DNA of 64,000 nucleotides from an uncultured delta proteobacterium (GTDB lineage: Bacteria > Myxococcota_A > Polyangia > Fen-1088): the NCBI GenBank assembly GCA_963755125.1, contig CAVWIP010000015.1, positions 320,001 through 384,000 of the forward strand. Reading direction: 5' to 3'. The translations under genes were made by a program, and so were the position numbers. The notes beneath the pieces are model-generated. The model worked only from the letters and a program-made list of their open reading frames with translations, was not told the origin of the DNA and ran no database searches. Shown here piece by piece: positions 28,513 to 37,112 of the stretch (position 1 is its first letter; every line of letters starts with the position of its first letter).

Positions 28513-30159
28513 ATGAAGTGTGTGGCCTTTCTGATGACCTTTCTCGTCGGCGGTTGCGCCGGCTGCCTGAAGAAATTGGAGACGCGGCCCGCCGCACCCG
28601 CGCCCGCATCGCAACCGGCTGTCGCCGCCTCGGCTCCTGCCCCGGCGTCGGACGCAACCCACCACATCCGGCGCGCGCAGATGGCCGGTTCCTGGTACTC
28701 GGAGAACAAGGACCAACTGGCGGCCGAGGTGGACGGGCTGTTTGCCGAGGCCAAGCCGCCCAAGATCGACGGCAAGATCATCGCGCTCATATCGCCGCAC
28801 GCGGGCTATCGCTTCTCGGGCAAGGCCGCGGCGGCGAACTACCTGCTGCTGCGCGGTCAGGATGTCCGCCGGGTGGTGCTGCTGGCCATCTCGCACCACT
28901 ATCCGCTGCGCGGCGCCTCGATTCCCGACGTGACCGATTTCGAGACGCCGCTCGGCCTGGTGCCAGTGGATGGCAAGGCCGTGGCTCGGCTGCGGCGCAG
29001 CCCGGTGGTGAGCAGCGTGATGCGCGCGGAAGAGGGCGAACATTCCTTGGAGATCCAGCTTCCCCTGCTCCAGCGCGCCCTGCCCAAGTTCGCTCTGGTT
29101 CCCATCCTGGTGGGCCACATGAGCGATCGGGACTATGTGGATCTGGCCGCGGCTTTGGCCGAGATCGTGGACAGCCACACCGTCGTGGTGGCCTCCAGCG
29201 ACTTCACCCACCGGGGCGCGAATTACGGATACGAGATCCCCGACGGCCCCGGCGATCTGCAGGCCCGCCTGGCGCGGCTCGATCAAGGGTCCATCGATCA
29301 GATCACCAAGCTGAGTCGGCCCGGCCTGCTCGCCTACGCCGAGAAAACGGGCACCACCATCTGCGGTCTGCACCCCATTGCTTTGCTGCTGGAACTGCTG
29401 GGCCGTTTTCCGGGCAGCAAGCCCCACGTCGTGAGTCACTACACGTCAGGCGACGTCACTTCCGACTGGTCCAGCAGCGTGACATATATAGGTATGGCAT
29501 TCACGGGCAAGTGGCGCGAGGAGTCGAAGCTCGATGAGGCACGCGAGGCTGGCGAGAGCGCGTTCCCGCTCGCGGACGACGACAAGCGCACCCTGCTGCG
29601 CCTGGCACGTTTGTCGCTCGAGGCGTCGGTGCGCAAGGGGCGCTTCGATCCCAATGGCATCGCCTCCATTCCCGTGACGCCGTCGCTGGAGCGCAAGGCC
29701 GGCGCGTTCGTCACATTGAAGTGCAAGGGCGGCTCCGACGGCACATGCACGGGGAAGGGCGATGAGCTGCGCGGCTGCATCGGCACCCTGGAGCCAAGCT
29801 CGTCGGTGTACGACGTGGTGGCCCGTCGCGCGGCCAGCGCCGCCCTGGAGGACACGCGCTTTCCCCACTCGGTCACCGTCGAGGAACTGCCTTTCATCAC
29901 GGTCGAAGTTTCAGTGCTCACGCCCCCGCGGCCGGTGAAGAGCGCCGACGAGATCGTGATCGGTCGCCACGGCATGATCCTATCAGTGGGATGGAATCGC
30001 GCCACCTTCTTGCCGCAGGTGGCGCCGGAGCAGGGTTGGGATCGCGAAACCACCCTGCGCCACCTGGCCCAGAAGGCCGGGCTGCCCGCCGACGCGTGGA
30101 AGAAGGCCGAGTATCAAGTGTACGAGGCGATCGTCTTTTCGGAAGGGGAATTCAAGTAG
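28513..30159 (+). CDS. AmmeMemoRadiSam protein B (Memo) - protein A (AMMECR1) fusion with a lipoprotein-like signal
   Basis: AGSWY, SPHAGYRFSG, EHSLEIQLP, ASSDFTH, TICG; then GAFVTL, LRGCIG, EVSVLTP, ATFLPQVA; N-terminus MKCVAFLMTFLVGGC. Confidence 0.9.
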   Translation: MKCVAFLMTFLVGGCAGCLKKLETRPAAPAPASQPAVAASAPAPASDATHHIRRAQMAGSWYSENKDQLAAEVDGLFAEAKPPKIDGKIIALISPHAGYRFSGKAAAANYLLLRGQDVRRVVLLAISHHYPLRGASIPDVTDFETPLGLVPVDGKAVARLRRSPVVSSVMRAEEGEHSLEIQLPLLQRALPKFALVPILVGHMSDRDYVDLAAALAEIVDSHTVVVASSDFTHRGANYGYEIPDGPGDLQARLARLDQGSIDQITKLSRPGLLAYAEKTGTTICGLHPIALLLELLGRFPGSKPHVVSHYTSGDVTSDWSSSVTYIGMAFTGKWREESKLDEAREAGESAFPLADDDKRTLLRLARLSLEASVRKGRFDPNGIASIPVTPSLERKAGAFVTLKCKGGSDGTCTGKGDELRGCIGTLEPSSSVYDVVARRAASAALEDTRFPHSVTVEELPFITVEVSVLTPPRPVKSADEIVIGRHGMILSVGWNRATFLPQVAPEQGWDRETTLRHLAQKAGLPADAWKKAEYQVYEAIVFSEGEFK

Positions 30160-30213
30160 AACGTCACGATCTTTGCCCCGGCGTCTCCCGGTTTTGCAGG
30201 CTATGCTTTTGCT

Positions 30214-31272
30214 GTGTCTGGGGAACGAATCGACGCTGACCGTCGACAATTTCTGCTCACCATGGGCTCGCTGGCAGCGGTGGCTACCGGGTGCAGTTCG
30301 TCTTGTGGCAGCATGCGGCCAGCGGAGAATTCACCCAGCAGCGCGCCGGCCAGCGCGACTGCCGCGAATCAACCGGCGCCGCCGTTAAATCCGCGCGTGG
30401 TGGTGGTGCGAGCCAAGCAGCCCCTGACTCACGGCTACGATGCCGACCGAGGCGCTATGCGCGCCATGCTGGGCGCAGGTCTTGCGGCTTTGGCGGGCAC
30501 GCGGGATGCTGTGGCCGGATTGCGCCGGTACTTCCGGCCGGGTGAGACAGTGGGCTTGAAGATCAATGGACTGGCCGGCCGCAATGCGGCCACCCATGTG
30601 GAATTGGTCGACGAGTTATCGGCGTTGTTGCAGCAAATGGACATTGGCGGCCATCAGCAAGTCGCCTTTGATCGTTTCGCCTCTGACCTGACCGCGTCGG
30701 GCTTCAAGCTCAATGAGCGCGGTGACAGCTACCGCTGCACTGGCAACGAAGCACTTGGCTACGAGGAGGAGCCGACTGTCATGCCGTCGTCGGCTTCCCG
30801 GCTGGCGCGCGTGCTCACCGAACGCGTGGATACGGTCCTGAATCTGCCCGTGCTCAAACAACACATGCTGTCGGGAATGTCGGGCGCGCTGAAGAACCAA
30901 TTCGGCTGCATTCACAATCCCAACAAGATGCACCTCGATAAGTGCGACCCCTACATTGCCGAGGTCAATGCCTTGCCCGCGATCCGAAAGAAGCAGCGCC
31001 TGATTGTAATGGACGCGCTTCGCCCTGTGGTTGACAACGGCCCCAGCTACCAGCCGGGCATGGCCGAGGTAGCCAATGCTTTGCTGTTCGCGGTCGATCC
31101 CGTGGCAATCGACGTCGTGGGATTGGAGCTGCTGGAGGACTTGCGCCGCAAGCGCGGCCTGCCAGCGCTCGACAAGGTCGATCTGGCGCCGACCCACATT
31201 CAAACCAGCGCCAAGCTGGGCCTGGGCGTGGGTGATCGCGCAGCCATCGACGTGGTGTCAATCGAGGTCTGA
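30214..31272 (+). CDS. DUF362-domain protein with a Tat lipoprotein signal
   Basis: DRRQFL..AVATGC; VGLKIN, NLPVLKQH..SGALKNQFG, DPVAID. Confidence 0.85.
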   Translation: MSGERIDADRRQFLLTMGSLAAVATGCSSSCGSMRPAENSPSSAPASATAANQPAPPLNPRVVVVRAKQPLTHGYDADRGAMRAMLGAGLAALAGTRDAVAGLRRYFRPGETVGLKINGLAGRNAATHVELVDELSALLQQMDIGGHQQVAFDRFASDLTASGFKLNERGDSYRCTGNEALGYEEEPTVMPSSASRLARVLTERVDTVLNLPVLKQHMLSGMSGALKNQFGCIHNPNKMHLDKCDPYIAEVNALPAIRKKQRLIVMDALRPVVDNGPSYQPGMAEVANALLFAVDPVAIDVVGLELLEDLRRKRGLPALDKVDLAPTHIQTSAKLGLGVGDRAAIDVVSIEV

Positions 31273-31274
31273 TC

Positions 31275-32408
31275 ATGAACTTCTCTCGTCGGGATTTCGT
31301 TCGGGGTTGCGCCGGTTCGGGCTGTGCATTGGCGGTGGGAGGGTCGTTGGGTGGTTTGGCCTTCTTGCGTTCACGGCCGGCACGCGCGGGCGAGACGCCG
31401 CGGCCGCACCCGGCGCGCTTCTGGAAGAAGCTGGACAACAAGCGGGTGCAATGCCAGCTCTGCCCCAAGCAATGCCTGGTCGAGGATCGAGAGCGCGGCT
31501 TCTGCGGCGTGCGCGAAAACCGCGGCGGCGAGTACCTGACCCTGGTGTGGGGCCAGCCCTGTGCCGTGCACGTGGATCCGATCGAGAAGAAGCCACTCTT
31601 TCATTTCCTGCCCGGCAGCCGCGCCTTTTCGCTCGCCACCGCGGGCTGCAACCTGGAATGCAAGTGTTGCCAGAACTGGGACATCTCGCAGTCGCGTCCC
31701 GAGGAGGTGGACTGGCACTGGATGCCGCCCGAGGAAGTCGCGCGGCGGGCGCAGGCGGAAGGCGCCTGCGTGACCTTCACCTATTCCGAGCCCATCGTGT
31801 TTCTCGAATACTGCATCGACACCGCGGTCGCGGCCCAAAAGCTGGGCGTGCGCACCACCATGGTCACGGGCGGTTCGGGCGAAGTGGAACCGATGAAAGA
31901 GGCGTGCAAGGTCCTCGACGCGGTGAAGATCGATCTCAAGGGCTTCACCGAGGACTACTACCGCAAGCTGTGCAAGGGGAAACTCGCGCCGGTGTTGAAG
32001 ACCATCGAGACGGTGCACGAAAGCGGGGTCTGGCTGGAACTGGTGCACCTGTGTATTCCGGGCGCCAACGACAGCGAGCCCGAGATCCGCGACATGTGCC
32101 GCTGGGTGAAGGCCCATCTTGGCGTGGACGTGCCCGTGCACTTCACGCGCTTTTCACCGCAGTACCAGATGAAGAACGAGCCGCCCACGCCCTTCGAGAC
32201 GCTGATCCGCTGTCGTGACATCGCTCTGGGCGAGGGACTGCACTACGTCTACACCGGCAACGTGCCCGGCATCGAGGGCGAGCACACCTACTGCTCGCGC
32301 TGTCACAACGTGGTGGTGGCTCGCCACGGCTTTCACGTGCAGTCGGTCAACCTGAAGTCCGGACACTGCGCCTTCTGTGGCCAATCCATTCCTGGCATCT
32401 GGAGTTGA
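31275..32408 (+). CDS. amrS: AmmeMemoRadiSam radical SAM enzyme with a Tat-like signal
   Basis: CQLCPKQC, GFCGVREN, DPIEKKPLFHF, GCNLECKCCQNW, FTYSEP; N-terminus SRRDFV..ARA. Confidence 0.92.
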   Translation: MNFSRRDFVRGCAGSGCALAVGGSLGGLAFLRSRPARAGETPRPHPARFWKKLDNKRVQCQLCPKQCLVEDRERGFCGVRENRGGEYLTLVWGQPCAVHVDPIEKKPLFHFLPGSRAFSLATAGCNLECKCCQNWDISQSRPEEVDWHWMPPEEVARRAQAEGACVTFTYSEPIVFLEYCIDTAVAAQKLGVRTTMVTGGSGEVEPMKEACKVLDAVKIDLKGFTEDYYRKLCKGKLAPVLKTIETVHESGVWLELVHLCIPGANDSEPEIRDMCRWVKAHLGVDVPVHFTRFSPQYQMKNEPPTPFETLIRCRDIALGEGLHYVYTGNVPGIEGEHTYCSRCHNVVVARHGFHVQSVNLKSGHCAFCGQSIPGIWS

Positions 32409-32412
32409 ACGG

Positions 32413-33174
32413 TTGGCCTGGCGCGGTTCGAAGCCGCTTTGCCTAGGCGGCGTGGTTTGCCTGTGGATGGCGGGCGTCGTCGTGGCCAGCAGCGCTTGTA
32501 GCGCGAAAGACGCCAAGGTGCATCGCTTGCCCAGCAAGGTCGATCCGGCGGCGCTGCACGCACGCTTCGGCGACGCGCTCTATTCACAGGATGACGAGGA
32601 GACGCTGATCCGCGCCTTCTTCGACGATCGCCGCGATGGCGTGTTTTTCGACGTGGGCGCCGGCGATCCGGTGAAGAACAGCACCACGTACTATTTGGAA
32701 AAGCACCTGGGTTGGCGCGGGATCGCCGTGGATGCGCTGGCCGAATACGCCGCCGACTACGCTCGATTGCGGCCGGCCACGCGCTTCCTTTCCTATTTCG
32801 TCGGCGACAAGAGCGGCGGTGCGCGCGATTTCTATGTCAGTCAGGAAAAGGACTTCTCGTCGGGAACTGGCGACGATCCGCGCGGCGGGAACTACCAGAA
32901 GCGGCAGGTGTCCACCATCACGCTGGATGACTTGCTCGCGCGCGAAGGCGTCGCGCATGTCGACTTCCTGTCGCTCGACATCGAAGGCGCCGAGCCGGCT
33001 GCTCTGGCCGGGTTCTCGATCGGCCGCTATCAGCCCGCTTTGGCTTGCGTCGAGATTCACTCGGCCGAGCACGGCCGCGCCATCAGCGAGTACTTCACTC
33101 TGCACGGCTATCGCGAGATCACCGCCTATCGATCGATGGACCCGATCAATCGCTACTTCGCACCGGCGCCCTAG
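32413..33174 (+). CDS. FkbM-family methyltransferase with an N-terminal hydrophobic/signal segment
   Basis: YSQDDEE, FFDVGAG, DFLSLDIEGAE; start uncertain (TTG 32413 after GGAG). Confidence 0.8.
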   Translation: MAWRGSKPLCLGGVVCLWMAGVVVASSACSAKDAKVHRLPSKVDPAALHARFGDALYSQDDEETLIRAFFDDRRDGVFFDVGAGDPVKNSTTYYLEKHLGWRGIAVDALAEYAADYARLRPATRFLSYFVGDKSGGARDFYVSQEKDFSSGTGDDPRGGNYQKRQVSTITLDDLLAREGVAHVDFLSLDIEGAEPAALAGFSIGRYQPALACVEIHSAEHGRAISEYFTLHGYREITAYRSMDPINRYFAPAP

Positions 33175-33184
33175 GAAGCCCATC

Positions 33185-33694
33185 ATGTCGAACGTCACTT
33201 TCGTCCGCGCCACGCCCAGCGACATTCCTGTTCTGCAAGCGCTGGCGCGCGAGATCTGGCGTGCCCACTTTCCCGGGATCATTTCCATCGAGCAAATCGA
33301 GTACATGCTCGACCGCATGTACTCGGCGGAGGCGATCGACGAGGAGATGCGCGCTGGCACCCGTTGGGAACTGATCCGCGAGGGCGTCGAAGCCGTCGGC
33401 TTTCTCTCCTATTCGCACGTGCCGGAGACCGCGCTGGTCAAGCTGCACAAACTCTACCTTCGGCTGGACCGGCACGGGCGGGGATTGGGCCGGGCCAGCC
33501 TGAGCCACGTGATGGACGTCGCCGCGGCTCTGGGGGCGCGCGAGGTGTCGCTGTACGTGAACAAGAATAACCTGAAGGCGATTCGCGTTTACGGGCGTGT
33601 GGGATTCACCATCGCCGAGTCCGTGACCAGCGACATTGGCGCCGGTTTCGTGATGGACGACTATCGAATGACGGTACCCTGCGCGCGAAGGTAG
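33185..33694 (+). CDS. GNAT-family N-acetyltransferase
   Basis: LHKLYL..HGRGLG..LYVNKNNLKAIRVY..IGAGFVMDDY. Confidence 0.88.
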   Translation: MSNVTFVRATPSDIPVLQALAREIWRAHFPGIISIEQIEYMLDRMYSAEAIDEEMRAGTRWELIREGVEAVGFLSYSHVPETALVKLHKLYLRLDRHGRGLGRASLSHVMDVAAALGAREVSLYVNKNNLKAIRVYGRVGFTIAESVTSDIGAGFVMDDYRMTVPCARR

Positions 33695-33701
33695 GCGCGC
33701 T

Positions 33702-34874
33702 CTAGCCCTGCGCCGCTTGCAGCGCGCGCTGGAAAGCGGGCAAGGCACGTTCGATGGTGTCGAGCGGCACGGTCAGGGACAGCCTGATGAAGCCGCTGCG
33801 GCCGAAGCCCGCGCCAGGAACCGCCAGCACGCCCTGCTTGACCAGCAGACCCACGAACGCCACGTCGTCGGGAATGGGCGTCTTGAGAAAGACGTAGTAG
33901 CCACCCTCGGGCTTGCTCACTTCATAGCCAGCCGCGCTCAAGCCGGCGCACAGCACGTCGCGCTTGTGCTGGTAAGCGGTTGCGTCCACGCAGGCATCGG
34001 CCGCTTCGGCCATGACCAGTTGCCACAGTGCCGGGGCGTTCACGAACCCAAGCGTTCGGTTGGCGAAAGTGCAGGCCGCCGCCATCGCCGGCCAGTCAGG
34101 CAGGCGCGGCGACAGTGCGAGAAACCCGATGCGCTCACCCGCCAGGGCCTGCGCCTTGGACCAGGAAAAGCAGATGGCAGTTTGTGAAATCAGCGAGGCC
34201 ACTTCGGCCTGCTTGCCGCCGTCGTAGACCAGGCTCTTGTAGGGCTCGTCGCTGATGACCAGGGGTGGGTTAGGCAAACGCGCGAGCATGGCTTCCAGAT
34301 CGCGCAGCAGCGCCGCGGGATAGACGCGGCCGGAAGGATTGTTGGGCGTGTTCAGGATGATGCCGCGGGTGCGCGGAGTGATGGCCGCGGCGATGCGGTC
34401 GACATCGGGCAGGCACCCGGCGTCGGTTTCGACCACCACCACGCGGCCGCCGTGATTGGCCACGTAGAAGGGATACTCGGCGAAGTAAGGGGCCAGCAAA
34501 ATGACCTCGTCGCCCGGGTCGAGAATCGATTTCAGGATGACGTTGCAGGCGGCTGCCGCGCCCGAGGTCATGCACACGTGCTCCGCGGCAAAAGGCAGTC
34601 CGACTTCCCGGCGCAACTTGTCCGCGATAGCCGCGCGCACTTCGGGAAAGCCCGGGTTGGGCATGTAGCCGTGGCTGTGCAGCCGGCCTTCTGCCACCAC
34701 CCGGCGCAAGGTCGCCAGGGTCAGGGCAGGTGGTTCGACCTCGGGATTGCCGAGGGTGAAGTCGAAGATGTTGGCCTCGCCGCGCTCCTTCTTCAGGCGC
34801 GCGCCCTCCTCGAACATGCGCCGGATCCACGAGGCGCGTTCAAGCTGTAGGGCGATGCACCTCGCGACAGCCAT
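33702..34874 (-). CDS. PLP-dependent aminotransferase (aspartate aminotransferase family)
   Basis: SWIRRMFEEG, FDFTLGNP, NTPNNPSG, ISDEPY, SWSKAQALAGERIG. Confidence 0.92.
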   Translation of the reverse strand: MAVARCIALQLERASWIRRMFEEGARLKKERGEANIFDFTLGNPEVEPPALTLATLRRVVAEGRLHSHGYMPNPGFPEVRAAIADKLRREVGLPFAAEHVCMTSGAAAACNVILKSILDPGDEVILLAPYFAEYPFYVANHGGRVVVVETDAGCLPDVDRIAAAITPRTRGIILNTPNNPSGRVYPAALLRDLEAMLARLPNPPLVISDEPYKSLVYDGGKQAEVASLISQTAICFSWSKAQALAGERIGFLALSPRLPDWPAMAAACTFANRTLGFVNAPALWQLVMAEAADACVDATAYQHKRDVLCAGLSAAGYEVSKPEGGYYVFLKTPIPDDVAFVGLLVKQGVLAVPGAGFGRSGFIRLSLTVPLDTIERALPAFQRALQAAQG

Positions 34875-35305
34875 CAGCGGTTGAACAGATCGTTCTTCGC
34901 CAGCACGTTGATGCCGCCGGCCTGCAGGCACTGGATGGCCGCGTCGGGATCATCGAAGCGGAAGATGAGCACGGCCCGCTCGCCGTGACCGAAGGGAAAG
35001 GCGTACATGTACTCGATGTTGATCCGGGTTCGCTCGAAGACGGACAGGATCTTGGCCAGCCCGCCCGGGCGATCCTCCACTTCCACTGCCAGCACCTCGG
35101 TGGACTTGACCACGTAGCCCGCCGCCGTGAGTACCTGCGTGGCCCGGGCCGGGTCGGACACGATGATGCGCAAGATCCCGAAGTGCTGCGTGTCCGCAAC
35201 CGACAGGGCCCGGAGGTCGACGCCGTTTTCCGCCAGCAGGCGGCAGGGCGCGGCGATGTGGCCCGGCTTGTTTTCCGCGAAAATCGAGAGTTGTTGAATT
35301 TTCAT
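34874..35305 (-). CDS. Double ACT-domain protein
   Basis: QLSIFAENKPGH..ALSVADT..VEVEDRPGGLA..INIEYMYAF. Confidence 0.9.
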   Translation of the reverse strand: MKIQQLSIFAENKPGHIAAPCRLLAENGVDLRALSVADTQHFGILRIIVSDPARATQVLTAAGYVVKSTEVLAVEVEDRPGGLAKILSVFERTRINIEYMYAFPFGHGERAVLIFRFDDPDAAIQCLQAGGINVLAKNDLFNR

Positions 35306-36636
35306 GTCTGGCCTCGCTTGTCGATGACCCGCTTCGCCTTGCCTTCGCTGCGTTGGATGGTTTGCGGTTCCACCAGCGTGATCTTGATGCGGATGCCGAG
35401 CACCCGCTCCAGCGTCTCGGCCAGCTTCTCCTCCAGCGCCTCCAGCGCGCCCACCCGATCGCTGAACACCTGGGCCGTGACCTCGACCTGCACCTCGACC
35501 TGGTCCAGGCCGTGCTCGCGCGTGAGGATGATCTGGTAGTGGGGCAGGGTGCCTTCCACCTCCAGCAGCACGCTCTCGATCTGCGACGGGTACACGTTGA
35601 CGCCGCGGACAATCAGCATGTCGTCGCTGCGTCGGCCGATGCGGCGCATGCGCCGCAAAGTGCGGCCGCAGGCGCAACCCCCGGGGATGAGAGCCGTGAT
35701 GTCGCGCGTGCGGTAGCGGATCATGGGCATGGCCCACTTGGACAGGGTGGTCAGCACCAGTTCGCCCTCTTGCCCGTTGGGCAGCACGCGTCCGCTGTCG
35801 GGATCGATGATCTCGGGGTAGAAGTGATCCTCGAAAATGTGCAGGCCGTCGTGGCACGGGCACTCGATGGCCACGCCCGGGCCGATGATTTCCGAGAGGC
35901 CGTAGATGTCGAAGGCCTGGATGCCGCTCGCGCTCTCGATGTGCCGTCGCATGGAATCGGTCCAGGGCTCGGCGCCGAACACGCCCACCCGCAGGGGCAG
36001 CGATTTGAGGTCCACGCCCAACTGGGACGCGCGGTCGATGATGTGCAGAAAGTAGGTGGGCGTGCAGCAGATGGCGGTGGCGCCAAAATCCTTCATCACC
36101 ATGATCTGCCGGTCGGTGTTGCCGCCGGAAATGGGAATCACGGCGGCGCCGATGCCCTCGGCCCCGTAGTGCGCCCCCAAGCCGCCGGTGAAAAGCCCGT
36201 AGCCATAGGCGTTCTGCACGATGTCGCCCTCGTGCACGCCGCAGGCGGCAAGGCTGCGCACCATCACCGAGGTCCACACCTCGACGTCTTGCTTGGTGTA
36301 GGCGACCACGATGGGCTTGCCGGTGGTCCCGCTGGAGGCGTGTACGCGCACCACATCGCGCAGCGAAGTCGCGAACAGACCGAAGGGATAGGTGTCGCGC
36401 AAGTCGGCCTTGCTGGTAAAGGGCAGGCGCGCGACATCGTCGAGGGTTCGGATGTCAGCCGGCACCAGCTTGAGGCTCTGCATGCGCTGGCGGAACAGCT
36501 CCACGCGTTCGGTGGCGTGGGCCACGATGGCCTGCACCCGATCGAGCTGCAGCTTGCGCAGCAGGGGCGCGGGCACGAAATCGGGCGCGCTGGCCGGATG
36601 GTAGGTCGGCTTTCGGTCTTGCGAGGGCGAGGTCAT
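35302..36636 (-). CDS. paaK: Phenylacetate-CoA ligase
   Basis: HASSGTTGKP, YGYGLFTGGLG, FGAEPW, DIYGLSE, RYRTRD, GRRSDDMLIVRGVNV. Confidence 0.93.
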   Translation of the reverse strand: MTSPSQDRKPTYHPASAPDFVPAPLLRKLQLDRVQAIVAHATERVELFRQRMQSLKLVPADIRTLDDVARLPFTSKADLRDTYPFGLFATSLRDVVRVHASSGTTGKPIVVAYTKQDVEVWTSVMVRSLAACGVHEGDIVQNAYGYGLFTGGLGAHYGAEGIGAAVIPISGGNTDRQIMVMKDFGATAICCTPTYFLHIIDRASQLGVDLKSLPLRVGVFGAEPWTDSMRRHIESASGIQAFDIYGLSEIIGPGVAIECPCHDGLHIFEDHFYPEIIDPDSGRVLPNGQEGELVLTTLSKWAMPMIRYRTRDITALIPGGCACGRTLRRMRRIGRRSDDMLIVRGVNVYPSQIESVLLEVEGTLPHYQIILTREHGLDQVEVQVEVTAQVFSDRVGALEALEEKLAETLERVLGIRIKITLVEPQTIQRSEGKAKRVIDKRGQT

Positions 36637-37112
36637 GGGTTCTTTCCGATGGCGAAGGCCTGCAGGTTGGCGGCGTGCAGTTTCTCGGGCAGGGCGGCCC
36701 TGATGGCCGCGTGCCAGAGATTGTCTGCAAGATCGAGGTGGCGAGCAAGCACTCCGAGCAAGGCCACGTTCAGGCTGCGTTTGTTGGCCAGACGCGCCTC
36801 GTCGACCAGGCCCGGGTGAATCAGGACTCCGCCCGCCTTGAGCACCGGCCGCGCCACCTCGACCTGGCTTGCGGCCAGGACCACCAGGAAATCCGCCTCG
36901 CCCGTCGGCACCATGGGCGAGAAGACACGTTCGCCGAAGCGCACGTCGCTGGAGACCGAGCCACCCCGCTGGCTCATGCCGTGAATCTCGCTCTTCTTCA
37001 CGTCCCGTCCCGCGCGAAATGCCGCGTCCGCCAGGATGCCCGAGGCCTTGAGGACGCCCTGTCCGCCCAGGCCAGCCACCACCACGTTGACCACGGCGCT
37101 ACTTTCCTGCAT
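36633..37112 (-). CDS. iorB: Indolepyruvate:ferredoxin oxidoreductase beta subunit
   Basis: AGLGGQGVL, KKSEIHGMSQRGGSVSSDVRFG. Confidence 0.92.
   Translation of the reverse strand: MQESSAVVNVVVAGLGGQGVLKASGILADAAFRAGRDVKKSEIHGMSQRGGSVSSDVRFGERVFSPMVPTGEADFLVVLAASQVEVARPVLKAGGVLIHPGLVDEARLANKRSLNVALLGVLARHLDLADNLWHAAIRAALPEKLHAANLQAFAIGKNP

Noticed and set aside
34874..36277. 467-aa ORF ending in ACT domains
   Set aside because: Off-frame extension through paaK; the real start is ATG 35305
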